Source: Eledone cirrhosa (Eukaryota). Taken from it: a stretch of 64,000 bases of DNA. The stretch lies in NCBI GenBank assembly GCA_964016885.1, contig OZ024741.1, positions 321,842,001-321,906,000 of the forward strand. Reading direction: 5' to 3'. Positions 40,961-54,851 of the stretch are shown piece by piece (positions within the stretch are counted from its first letter, which is position 1; every line of letters starts with the position of its first letter). Both the position numbers and the translations under genes were made by a program. The notes under the pieces are model-generated. The model made no database searches, was not told where the DNA came from, and saw only the letters and a program-made list of their open reading frames with translations.

Positions 40961-41534
40961 TAAAAACAAATAACGAAACGAAATTAAATTTCGTTTCGTT
41001 TGTAACTCACTTTTGTATGACTGACGCTTAAACAATTAAGTTAAAAATGTACATCCACATATGTATACTGAAATACTAGTATGCATATGAATACACACAC
41101 GTGTACATATGTAGATGTACCGAGTTTTTCACTGGTCACTTTACTGTGAGTGTCCAGCTATTCTGTATGTAAACACACAGACAAACCGGTTTTTAGAGTC
41201 ATACTGGTTTTTGAGGAAACACCTTTCCTCTATTCTCCAGAAAGCCAGACAAGGAATATTGGACTAGTTTCGATGTTGTTACATCTCATCAGCAATATTT
41301 ACCTATCTTCCGGCCTTTCTAGAGAATCGTAAAAGCACATATCGTTATATGCTTTTTCTATGAAAATTAGTAGTGGGCAGACTAATTTGCATAGAGCGTG
41401 AGTACGTACCGGTTCAGCGGAGACGATAAAAACAAATAACGAAACGAAATTAAATTTCGTTTCGTTTGTAACTCACTTTTGTATGACTGACGCTTAAACA
41501 ATTAAGTTAAAAATGTACATCCACATATGTATAC
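40961..41534 (-). mobile_element. retrozyme/PLE-like unit: 466-bp period with a 108-bp terminal direct repeat
   Basis: 40961-41068 is identical to 41427-41534. Contains an intact hammerhead. Confidence 0.7.
41255..41299 (-). ncRNA. intact minimal type I hammerhead ribozyme
   Basis: aauauug-CUGAUGA-gaugu(aaca)acauc-GAAA-cuag-UC-caauauu: 7-bp stem I, 5-bp stem II, palindromic stem III, GUC triplet. Confidence 0.92.
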
Positions 41535-42033
41535 GACCTCTTTTATACCATAAACATGGTTCTGTCTTTGTGCGTAATTGTTTTTCACTGCTCCTATTAA
41601 TGACGTATTATTCGTTTTTTCCCGTTCTTTGCCAGCGAACGTTTCCACGAACCAAACTTTCGTCTTCCTGTCTTCCTCCAGTTCAGACGTTTTTTGAAAT
41701 ATCCAGTTCTGCGTTTACAGATTGACTTTGTTAGTTTCAGAAGATCCCGTTAAGGGTGAAAGCAGCGATTCTTTGCTTAAACTTTAATCTGTTATTTTAA
41801 TAAATATTTGCTCTACGGTTCTTATATATTTGATATATATGTATCCTTATCGAGCCCTCTTTGGATTTTAGTCTTCAAATTTATTATTATTACATTTATA
41901 TATATATATACATTTATATATATATATACATATACATTTATATATATATATACATATACATTTATATATATATATACATTTATATATATATATATACATT
42001 TATATATATATATATATATATATATACATTTAT

Positions 42034-42387
42034 CTACTACAGTCAGTAGGCACCTCTAACAAAATACACCCCCTTTCCACTCGCCAACCCCATCCACACC
42101 ACCCCTTTCAATGTAAAGTTATGTTGGTACCACAACATCCAGCCCAAAGCAACGTGTAGGTGTCACGACAAAAAAACACAGTCCACGCTGTAATGTGGCC
42201 GTGTAGGTAACATAGTAAAAACCTCCCAGTTCCACACTGTAAATGTGGTTGGCATCCAGCCGTAGAAAACCCGCCAGACAGTCCTATGCGAGCAAGACAA
42301 CCACTCTTTCCGCAAGTGGGAAAACTCCCGTTCAAACCCATGTAAGCGTGGAATATGGATGTTAAATGATGATGATGATGATGATGA
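42034..42387 (+). mobile_element. RTE family A 3'UTR fragment
   Basis: Matches 47653-48130. Confidence 0.88.
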
Positions 42388-42422
42388 TATATATATATAC
42401 ATTTATATATATATATATATAC

Positions 42423-42475
<53 letters not shown>

Positions 42476-42476
42476 C

Positions 42477-42535
<59 letters not shown>

Positions 42536-42652
42536 CATTTATATATATATATATACATTTATATATATATATATATATATATACATTTATGTATATATAT
42601 ATATACATCTGTATATATATGCAAGCTGGGAAAAGCGGACGTAAAATGATGA

Positions 42653-42700
<48 letters not shown>

Positions 42701-42751
42701 ATATCTATGTCTATCTATTTATGGGAATTTTATATTCTCCGAGCGAAAAGA

Positions 42752-42836
42752 ACCCTCTGACGAAAGTCTTCCTTTTCAATGCATTTCCGCATGGATTATC
42801 CATTTATTTCGAGTCTTGAAACCGTACGGTAAGGGT
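42752..42836 (+). ncRNA. intact type I hammerhead ribozyme with long loop II
   Basis: acccu-CUGACGA-aag...cuu-GAAA-ccguacgg-UA-agggu. Confidence 0.85.
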
Positions 42837-43198
42837 AATTACAGCAGGTACAGTGAACTTGTTCAAATATTTTTTAAAATTTATTTTAAAACTTTTTCTT
42901 ATTTGCTAAACCTTGATTATATATATATATATATATATATATATACAAGAACACACACACATACATATGGTGTGTTAATAGGGAAAGCTAACTCAATATC
43001 AATAACTGCTGATTGACATTCTCAAAGCAGCAGATCAATGAGAATTGACCTGTGGTTAAAAGGTTAAATAATGAATGCTATAGGGAGTCTTCTGATTGAA
43101 TATGGTTACTTTGGCAAGGATCTTGTTGAAGATTACCTACTCAACATAGCAATAACACTGTGCTAATGAGAGTTATTGGTGTGTGTATGTATGTATCA

Positions 43199-43247
<49 letters not shown>

Positions 43248-43509
43248 CATCATCATCATCATTTTACGTCTAGCTTCCACACTAGCATGGGTTAGATGGG
43301 TTTGTCCCACTTGAGGCAATATTGGTCAGGTGACCACTTCTCGCTTGTATAGAACTGTTTCTGGTTGGTTTTCTATGGCTGGATGCCCTTCCTAATGCCA
43401 ATCACTAGAAAAAACGATTGAGGATTGGCTCAAGGTAACCCATAGGAATTATGGACCCAACTCCATTATCGATCTGCTCCTCAGACTGCCGAAGTGACAC
43501 ACACACACA

Positions 43510-44520
43510 TATAATATATATATATAATATATATATATATATAATATATATAATATATATATAAAATATATATAATATATATATAAAATATATATAATAT
43601 ATATATATAATATATATATAATATATATATATAAAATATATATAATATATATATATAAAATATATATAATATATATATATAAAATATATATAATATATAT
43701 ATATAAAATATATATAATATATATATATAAAATATATATAATATATATATATAAAATATATATAATATATATATATAAAATATATATAATATATATATAT
43801 ATATATAATATATATATATAAAATATATATAATAAATATATATGAAATATATATAATATATATATATAAAATATATATAATATATATATATGAAATATAT
43901 ATAATATATATATATAAAATATATATAATATATATATATAATATATATAATATATATATATAAAATATATATAATATATATATATGAAATATATATAATA
44001 TATATATATAAAATATATATAATATATATATATAATATATATAATATATATATATATAGTATATATAATATATATAATATATATAATATATAATATATAT
44101 AATATATAATATATATATATAATATATATAATATAATATATATATATAATATATATATATAATATATATATAATATATATATATAATATATATAATATAT
44201 ATATATAATATATATATATAATATATATAATATAATATATATAATATATATATATGATATATATAATATATATAATATAATATATATAATATAATATATA
44301 TATATAATATATATATATAATAAAATATATAATATATATATATAATATATATAATATATATAATAAAATATATATAATATATATATATAATATATATAAT
44401 AAAATATATATAATATATATATATAATATATATATATAATATATATATATGATATATATATATAATATATATATATAATATATATATATATATAATATAT
44501 ATAATATATATATATATATA

Positions 44521-44561
<41 letters not shown>

Positions 44562-44667
44562 TATATTATATATATATATATATAATATATATATATAATA
44601 TATATATATAATATATTATATATATATATAATATATTATATATATATATAATATATATAAATATATA
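43510..44667. repeat. almost pure A/T (TA)n(AA) low-complexity array
   Basis: Direct inspection. Confidence 0.97.
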
Positions 44668-46392
44668 TCATCATCATCACCGTTTTACATCCGTTCTTCC
44701 ACGCTAGCATGGGTTAGACGGGTTGTCCTGTTGTGGGCAGTGTCTGGTCGGCTGACCATGCCTTGCTCATACAGGAACTGATCTGGCTTGATTTCTACAG
44801 CTGGATGCCCTTCCTAACACCAACCTCATTTACAGTGAGTGCTGGGTGCTTTTTCGTGGTGCCTACACGTCCACTTTACAGTGTGGGCTGGGTGCTTTTT
44901 TGCCGTGGCACCTCCACGACCACCTTGCGGTGGGGGGGGGGGGGGCATATTGTTTATATGCTTCAGCATGTACCCATGGGAGGTCGGGTACCCTGTATTA
45001 CTGCGTGACGCCAGAAGTCACGGTCGTGTGTCATTGACTTTGAGAGGTGTAGTTGGGTAAGGTCGGCTTTTATCACCTCATCCCAAGTCATCTTGGGTCT
45101 CCCCACTCCGCGGTTTCCATCAACTTCTGGTGCTCTGCACCTTTTTATGCAGCTGTCATCCTTCATACGCATCACATGTCCATACCAGCGTAACCGCCTC
45201 TCCTGCACGCAGCATTTGATTCCTCTTATGCTTTGTCGTTCACGTATATTACTGTTACACATCCATCGGAGCATGCAGGCTTCGTTTCTCTCTAATCTAC
45301 GTAAGTCTTCCACCTTCAGCGCCCAGGTCTCACTACCATGCAACATCGCTGTTCGGATACACGCATCATACAGTCTGCCTTTCATTCTGAGAGAGAAGCC
45401 TTTTGCAGCTAGCAGTGGTAGTAGTTCCCTAAACTTCTTCCATCCCGTTCTTACCCTAGTTATTGTACTTTCTGAGCACCCACCTCCGTTGCTAATTCGG
45501 TCACCTAGGTAGCAGAAGCTGTCTACTGTTTCTACAGGGCCCTCCCAGAGATTGGTGGTACTTGTTTCCTGTGGCTGTTTGCTTGCTGTTTCAGCACAGC
45601 TGCTGCATGTGAATCCTACATTCTTAATTAAGCTTCCTGAGATCCCGCTACATCTCTTGTGTACCCATTGTTTGCATTTGGGGCAGAGAATGGAGTTCCT
45701 ACCTACACCTTTCCTACATACTGAGCAAGGCCATTTCCCTGAGGGGATCTGGGTTCTGTTTTCTCGTCTACTTATAAGGACCTTAGTCTTTGTCATGTTG
45801 ACTTTGAGGCCCTTTCTCTCTAGTCCCTGCTTCCAGGTTTGGAATTTATTCTCTAGTTCTACCATAGATTCAGCTATGAGTGCGAGGTCATCAGCATACA
45901 GGAGTTCTCATGGGCATCCGGTCTTAAACTCCTCCGTTATTGCCTGCAGGACTATGATGAACAGGAGAGGGCTAAGAACAGAGCCCTGGTGGACCCCAAC
46001 CTGTACGCTAAATTCCTCGCTATACTCATTGCCAATCCTAACTTTGCTGACTGCTCCCCTATACATGGCTTGTACCGCTTTCACAAGCCATTCATCTACT
46101 CCTAGTTTTCTAAGAGCCCACCAGATTACTGCACGTGGAACTCTGTCAAAGGCTTTTTCATGGTCGACAAATGCCAAGTAGAGTGGCTTACTTTTAGCTA
46201 GGTACTTTTCCTGTAATTGCCTCACAAGGAAGAGGGCATCAGTGGTGCCTTTCCCTGGTACAAACCCAAATTGCATCTCGTCTATATTCACCCGGTCCCT
46301 AATCAGCTGTGCTATAACTCTTTCTGTTACTTTCATGACCTGGTCCATCAACTTTATACCTCTATAGTTTCCTCTATCTAGTGCATCGCCTT

Positions 46393-46423
<31 letters not shown>

Positions 46424-46553
46424 ATATATATATATATACATATATATATTCTTTTATTTGTCCCAGCCATTTGGATGTGGCCATGCTGGGGCACTGTCCT
46501 TAATAAATACGTATATATTATAATTTAAGATAATAATAATAATATGAGAGGAC
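44668..46553 (-). mobile_element. 5'-truncated RTE family B copy, near-identical to 33091-34993
   Basis: Shares the internal deletion and the foreign segment. Has a private stop codon at CP*ELLYADD. Confidence 0.94.
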
Positions 46554-46959
46554 ATTTCAGTCTGATAAAGCATATGACAACTTCTCTAGTACTGGTGCTA
46601 CAATAAAATGCACCCAACACACTCTGTAAAATGATTGGCATTGGAAAAGGCATCTAACTGTAGAAACCATACCAAGTATGGAATGTATAAATAAGACCTG
46701 TCTAGTCTTGGACTGTGATAGCACATGCCAGCATGGAAAGTGGACATAAAAAAAAATTATGACATATATGGATATGGATATGTATATATATATATCATCA
46801 TATATATATATATATATATCATCATACATATACATATATATATATTATCATACATATATATATATATATCATCATACATATACATATATATATCATCATA
46901 CATATATATATATATATCATCATACATATACATATATATATCATCATACATATATATAC

Positions 46960-48130
46960 ATAGATTTTACATGTGGCCGGTGCTCTGGTGCAATAAGTAG
47001 CAGCAAGTGCCCACAAAATACTAGCTCCTTCAACTTCGCAGAGGGTTCTATAGAAATGGTGGACAGCTTCCGTTATCTGGGTGACAAAATCAGCAGTGGG
47101 GGAGGGTGCTCTGAAAGTACAGTAGCTAGAGTCAGAACTGGATGGAAAAAGTTCAGAGAGCTTATACCACTATTAGCCGCTAGAGGGTTCTCCCTAAAAA
47201 TGAAAGGCAGGTTATACGATGCCTGCATACGAACAGCAATGCTGCATGGCAGTGAGACCTGGGCATTGTGTGCAGAGGATATATGCAGACTAGAGAGGAA
47301 CGAAGCTTGCATGCTCCGCTGGATGTGCAATAGTAATATACGTGAACGGCAAAGCATAAACGAACTAAGGAAAAAATTAGAAATAAGAGGGATCAGATGT
47401 TGTTTACTCGAGAGAAGGCTACGTTGGTACGGTCACGTGATGCGCATGAAAGACGACAGCTGTATAACAAAGTGCAGGGCAATAAAGATAGACGGTAGCC
47501 ACGGAGTAGGCAGACCCAGAAAAACATGGGACGAGCTGATAAATTCCGACCTCACACACTTACACCTCTCCAAGACAATGTCACTGGACCGAGACCCTTG
47601 GCGGTACTCAGTAATAGAGAAGACCCGCCTTACCTAAATACAAAGTAAAAACCTACTACAGTCAGTAGGCATCTCTATCAAAACACACCCCCGTCCCACC
47701 ACCTCCACCCCACCCACACCGCCCCTTTCAATGTAAAGTTATGTTGGTCCCGCAACATCCAGGCCGAAACAAATGAGATCGTGTAGGTGTCACGACAAAA
47801 AACACACAGTCCACGCTGTAAATGTGGCCGTGTAGGCAACACGGTAAAAACCTCCCAGCCCCACACTGTAAATGTGGTTGGTGTTAGGAAGGGCATCCAG
47901 TTGTAGAAAACCCGCCAGACAGTCCACGCTGTAATGTGGCCGTGTAGGCAACACGGTAAAAACCTCCCAGCCCCACACTGTAAATGTGGTTGGTGTTAGG
48001 AAGGGCATCCAACTGTAGAAAACCCGCTAGACAGTCCTATGCGAGCAAGACAACCACTCTTGCCTCAAGTGGGAAAACCCCCGTCCAAACCCATGCAAGC
48101 GTGGAACACGGACGCTAAACCTGATGATGA
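46960..48130 (+). mobile_element. 5'-truncated RTE family A copy
   Basis: IDFTCGRC...FRYLG...EKTRLT* (stop at 47637), then a long 3'UTR and (GAT)n. Confidence 0.94.
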
Positions 48131-48285
48131 TATATCATCATACATATATATATATATCATACATATATATAGATATCATCATACACATATATATATATAT
48201 ATCATACATATATATATATATCATACATATATATAGATATCATCATACATATATATATATATATATCATACATATATATATATAT

Positions 48286-48322
<37 letters not shown>

Positions 48323-48650
48323 TCATATATACATATATATATATCATCATATATACATATATATATATCATCATATACACATATATATATATATCATCAT
48401 ATATACATATATATATATATCATCATATATACATATATATATATCATCATATATACATATATATATATCATCATATATACATATATATATACCATCATAT
48501 ATACATATATATATATATCATCATATATACATATATATATATCATCATATATACATATATATATATATATATATAAACATATATATATATATCATCATAT
48601 ATACATATATATATATCATCATATATACATATATATATCATCATATATAC

Positions 48651-48684
<34 letters not shown>

Positions 48685-48972
48685 CATCATATATACATAT
48701 ATATATATATCATCATATATATATATCATCATATATACATATATATATATATCATCATATATACATATATGTATATATCATCATATATACATATATATAT
48801 ATATATATCATCATATATACATATATGTATATATCATCATATATACATATATATATATATCATCATATATATATATATGTATATATATCATCATATATAC
48901 ATATATGTATATATCATCATATATATATATATCATCATATATACATATATATATCATCATATATACATATAT
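48131..48972. repeat. compound (TA)n-CATCAT-TATACA satellite
   Basis: Direct inspection. The related array at 49791-50400 is largely in the opposite orientation. Confidence 0.93.
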
Positions 48973-49790
48973 ATCTATCTATCTAAGGCGGGTAAAATTC
49001 CCGAGATCCATGGACGAGTTCTCTCCAGCGGTCTCTGTCCCTCATTATCGCTGCCATGTCCTGCATCTCCAACAGACCAGTGTCTGTCCTTAGGGCATCA
49101 ACATACGTTAACCTTGGTCTTCCTCTTCTAGTGTGACCATGTAGGGGCTCCCAAAGGAGTACTGAGTGCAATGTCAACTCTGGATGTCGGTGAGCATGTC
49201 CAGCTAACCTCAGTCTCCTCTGTGTCACTTTTGAGCTGACTTTTGGGAGGCTCCCATACAGCTCTGAGTTTTTCATCCTCAGTGTATACTGATTAATGTT
49301 CAGAGCCATCCTCAGCATTCTCGTGTAGCACCCATCCACCGGCTTTACTGTAGCACCGGCTCAGAGCAGGAGAGTGAGGGCGAAAAAGGTATCGGATGCT
49401 GAATTTGCCGACGACATAGTTTTGGTGACAAATACAGTGAAGGAGGCAGAGGATTTGATGTGGGAGGTTGAGACTGTGTCGATGAGTGTGGGGCTGAGAA
49501 GGAATGAGACTAAAACAAAATATCTGGTAGAGAATGTTGAGAAGCGAGAGGGGATCACTAATGTAGGCGGGAAGCCGCTGGAATTGGTTGAGCACTTCCT
49601 GTATTTGGGAGCAAAGATTGGGAATACGGAAGATGATGTGGTTGAGAGGAAGAGCAAGGCCTGGGCGGCATGCCACAGCTTGAGATCGGTGTGGAAGTCG
49701 GACCTTCGTAGAGATCTGAAAATCCGCCTCTTCATTGCTGTAGTGGAGTCTGTGCTGCTGTATGGGTCTGAGACTTGGACACTGACCAAG
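48973..49790 (-). mobile_element. RTE/RTEX-like family D copy with an inverted 5' segment
   Basis: 48973-49340(-) encodes DGCYTRMLR...FYPP* plus tail. 49341-49790(+) encodes [12 protein letters not shown]...FADD...[12 protein letters not shown]. Confidence 0.9.
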
Positions 49791-50401
49791 AATACATATA
49801 TATATTTATATATATATATATATATATATCATCATATATACATATATATATTGATATATATATATATATCAATATATATATATATATCATCATATATACA
49901 TATATATATTGATATATATATATATATATCAATATATATATGTATATATGATAATATATATATATATATATATATGTATATACGATGATATATACATATA
50001 TGTATATATGATCATATATATATATATATGTATATATGATGATATATACATATATGTATATATGATGATATATATATATGTATATATGATGATATATATA
50101 TATATAAATGTATATATGATGATATATATATATATATGATGATGATATATATATATATGTATATATGATGATATATATATATGATGATGATATATATATG
50201 TATATATGATGATATATATATATGTATATATAATGATATATATATGTATATAAGATGATATATATATATATGTATATATGATGATATATCTATATGTATA
50301 TATGATGATATATATATATGTATATATGATGATATATATGTATATATGATGATATATATATATATCATCATATATACATATATATATTTATATATATATA
50401 T

Positions 50402-53400
50402 ATCATCATCATCATTGTTTAACGTCCATATTCCACGCTTGCATGGGTTTGGATGGGAGTTTTCCCACTTGAGGCAAGAGTGGTTGTCTTGCTCGCATAG
50501 GACTGTCTGGTGGGTTTTCTACGGCTGGATGCCCTTCCTAACACCAACCACATTTACAGTGTGGAACTGGGAGGTTTTTACCGTGTTACCTACACGGCCA
50601 CATTACAGCGGGACTGTGTTTTTTTGTTGTGACACCTACACGACCTCATTTGTTTCGGGCTGGATGTTGTGGTACCAACATAACTTTACATTGAAAGGGG
50701 TGGTGTGGATGGGTGGGAGTGTATTTTGTTAGACGTGCCTACTGACTGTAGTAGGTTTCACTTTGTACTTAGGTAAGGCAGGTCTTCTCTATTACTGTGT
50801 AGCACCAAAGATTTCGGTCCAGTGACATTGTCTTGGAGAGGTGTAAGTGTGTGAGGTCGGAATTTATCAAGTCGTCCCAGGTTTTTCTGGGTCTGCCTAC
50901 TCCGTGGCTACCATCTATCTTTATTGCCTTGCACTCTTTTATACAGCTTGCCGTTCACGTATATTACTATTACACATCCAGCGGAGCATGCAAGCTTCGT
51001 TCCTCTCCAGTCTGGGTATATCCTCTGCACACAATGCCCAGGTCTCACTGCCATGCAACATTGATGTTCGTATGCAGGCATCATACAGCCTGCCTTTCAT
51101 TTTTAGGGAGAACCCTTTAGCGGCTAATAGTGGTATAAGTTCTCTGAACTTTTTCCATCCAGTTCTGACTCTAGCTACTGTACTTTCAGAGCACCCTCCC
51201 CCAGTGCTGATTTCGTCACCCAGGTAACGGAAGCTGTCCACTATTTCTATAGAACCATTTGTGCAATTGAATGAGCTAGTATTCTGTGGGCACTTGCTGC
51301 TACTTATTGCACCAGAGCACCAGCCACATATAAAATCTATGTTCTTAGTTAGCTTACCTGTGATCCCACTACATCTTTTATGCACCCATACTTTGCATTT
51401 GGGACATAAAATGGAGTTTCTACCTACTCCTTTCCTACACACTGAGCATGGCCATTTCCCGGAAGGGACCGGCACCCTATTTTCCTTCCTACAAACTAGA
51501 ACTTTAGTCTTAGACAGGTTAATTTTAAGGCCTTTTGATTCTAGGCCATGCTTTCATGTTTGGAATTTCTTCTCTAGTTCGCCCATTGATTCAGCTATGA
51601 GCGTTAGATCATCTGCGTATAGGAGTTCCCATGGGCAGCCGGTCTTGAACTCCACTGTTATAGCCTGAAGGGCAATAATAAATAGTAGGGGGCTAAGAAC
51701 GAAGCCCTGATGAACACCAACTTTTACGCTAAACTCTTCCCTATATTCGTTATTAATTCTAACCTTGCTGACTGTTTCTTTATACATGGCTTGTATAGCT
51801 CTCACAAGCCATTCATCAACACCTAGTTTTCTAAGAACCCACCAGATAATGGAACGGGAGACTCTGTCGAAGGCTTTCTCCAAGTCGACAAAAGCTAAGT
51901 ATAGGGGTATGCTTTTAGCTAGGTACTTCTCCTGTAGTTGTCGTACAATGAAAAGAGCGTCTGTGGTACTTTTACCTGACACAAACCCAAACTGCATTTC
52001 ATCTAGATCAATTCTCTCTCTGATTAGTTGCGCTATTACTTTTTATGTGACCTTCATGATTACTTTTTCTGTGACCTGGTCGATTAATTTAATGCCTCTA
52101 TAGTTACTCCTATCTAGGGCATCTCTTTTACCCTTGTAGCAGTTAATGATGATGCTGCTACGCCAGTCCTTCGGAACAACCCCATTCTGTATGACTTGGT
52201 TTACTATCCGGGTGACCATGGTGTGTCCCACCGTTCCAGAAGCTTTCAGCATTTCAGCAACCATTTCCCATTTATTCTCCTCATTTAGTAGCCTTTCGTA
52301 GTGACACTTCCAAGCTACCTTCTTATCAGCATCAGTGATGGCAAGTACACCATCATCATTAAGGACACACTTCTCCCCGACAATATCACGGTTTTCCTTG
52401 ACACATTGCCTAGCAATCCTGAAGACCTCACGTTTTTGGTCCTCGTGTTGTAGAACATGCTTGAACTTTCTTTCCTCTGCTTCCCTTCTTGTGAAGTACA
52501 CCTGTCTCCTAGCTTCCCTCCTGGCCACTTGATAGTCTTCTCTACTTCCCCCATCCCGCCATACTTTCCAAGCCTGCTTTTTGGCCTTAATTGACTCCTC
52601 CACCTTACTGTTCCACCACCATGTTACTCTCCTCCTGCCTATAGGCCTGCTCCAGCCACAGACTTCGTCTGCCGCCATCAGCAGGTTTGCTTTCAGGAAT
52701 TCCCACTGTTCCTCGATATTGTACGACTCTAAATGCTCTTCCTTACTGTCAAAAGCATCAAGTAATATGCTTTTAAATTTATTTCTGGCTGTGGGGTCCT
52801 TTAGCTTCCATATTTTTCTCCTGAGGATAGTCCTCTTCTACTGTCGAGTACGTCTCGTCCTGACTATGAGGTCGCTAATTATCAGTCTATGTTGGGAGGT
52901 GCATTCTTCATGGGGGAGGGATTTAGTGTTTACAACAGACACTCTGTCACGTCTTCTGGTAAGGATATAATCTACCTGGCTGGTATGTTCCCCTGATCTG
53001 TAGGTGATCAAGTGATTGTCTCGTTTTTTGAAGTTAGTGTTACAGATAGTTAGGTTATTTGCATCACAGAATTCCAAGATTCTGGAGCCTTCCTCATTTC
53101 TAGTACCAAACCCATAGCCTCCGTGGATTCCGTCATAGCCGTCACAATGTTGTCCAATGTGACCATTTAGGTCGCCAGCAATAATTATATAGTCACTGTC
53201 AGTTATTTGGGAGGTAGTGAGCATCAGTGTCTCATAGAATCTGTCTTTTATAGCGCCAGGCAGTCCGGATTGGGGCACGTACGCAGATATTACTGTCACA
53301 GTAGTTCTATTTAGAACAAGTCTTATTTTAATTATTCTGTCATTCACTCTATTTACGTCTATTATCTTATCCACCCATTTTTCTGCTAACATGATTCATA

Positions 53401-54119
53401 CCCCACCCAGCCCATTGTCATTTCCCACCCAGAAAAGCTTATAGCATCGTTTTTTACCCACAATGAATCTAGCAGACCCGCCCCTCTACCTGGTTTCTTG
53501 GATACAGCAAACACCAACCTCCTTACGTTCAAGCATTTCTACAACCTCGTTAGATCGGCCTTTTAAGGTGCCTACATTCATGGTACCAACTCTGAAGTTT
53601 TGGATTGCGTTTGGTGGGTGGGGCGCAGGGAGGGGTGAGGGGGATGGTGTTGGGGTTATGTTGGCCATCCGCGGCCGCAACAAAGAGGGGGCCTTGCCCT
53701 TTCGTCCGGCAGCATGAGGTGAATGTCGTTATCTTTGGTATTGTCTTTGAGTGTCCAGATTCTTCAGACTCTCCAAAAATTCCTTAGTCCATCCATCATA
53801 TCGAAAAGCAACCAGAAGTGATAGCATAGGCCGTTGACTTGTGATTGGTCCAAATAATAAAGGTGGAGAGAGGGGTATGGGGTAGTTAGCGAGGAGAAGA
53901 TTATTTAGAACAGCCAGACAGAATTATAGAATAGCAATTAAGAAGTAGGATTTGGATTCTGGGCGATTATAGATATATGGATGAATGAACCGAAGGGTGG
54001 GGGGACAAGAAGAAAATGTTATTTTTACATTACATTTCGTAGAAGTGGACTGACCATTAATAAGAGTTGACAAATTCTGAGATTCGTCCCTCGTAACAGA
54101 TTTATTTATATTTGGTGCG

Positions 54120-54157
<38 letters not shown>

Positions 54158-54439
54158 AGATAGCGATTTAGAGGGCCGAGAGAAGCAATTTTTAGGAATC
54201 CTGGAAACATTTTTTGGCCAAAATGGTAGCGAGGAGAAGATTATTTAGAACAAGCGTGGAGAAGATTATTTAGAACAGTCAGACAGAATTATAGAATAGC
54301 AATTAAGAAGTAGGATTTGGATTCTGGGCGATTATACAGATATATGATTGAATGAACCGAAGGGTGGGGAGACAAGAAGAAATGTTATTTTTACATTACA
54401 TTTTGTAGAAGTGGACTGACCATTAATAAGAGTTGACAA
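50402..54439 (-). mobile_element. RTE family A, older copy including a probable 5'UTR; ORF broken by stops and deletions
   Basis: ORF pieces 50939-53683 are homologous to 13521-16487. Sequence continues to (TA)n at 54440 with a ~190-bp direct repeat. Confidence 0.9.
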
Positions 54440-54851
54440 TATTTATATATATATATATATCATCATATATATATATCATGCGGTAAGAATTTCTTTCTTA
54501 TATCAAAGTTTAATGGGCTTCCACTGATGATTTATAAGCGCCCACCTAAATATATTCTTACATGAATATATATTAGGCTTCTACATAAACTGGAAATATT
54601 CTCCCAACTTGTAGAAAACTTATAATGAAACAATTGTTTGGAAAGAGAGATATACTTTAACTTTAATTATATCTCATAAAATAATACAACTGGTTTTTCC
54701 ACATTATACATATTGTTAGCACCCCAAACACTTAAATTGGGTTTATATTTAAATATAACCTAATGTTTGTTGAGTGAGATGCTTACCAGTCAGAGTTTAG
54801 CTTTAAACTATCTCTGTTATTGTATTAAATATATCATCATATATACATATA

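Noticed and set aside
54524-54600. Functional hammerhead
   Set aside because: CTGATGA and a long hairpin are present, but GAAA is displaced by extra bases and stems I and III are unclear. Counted only as a relic.
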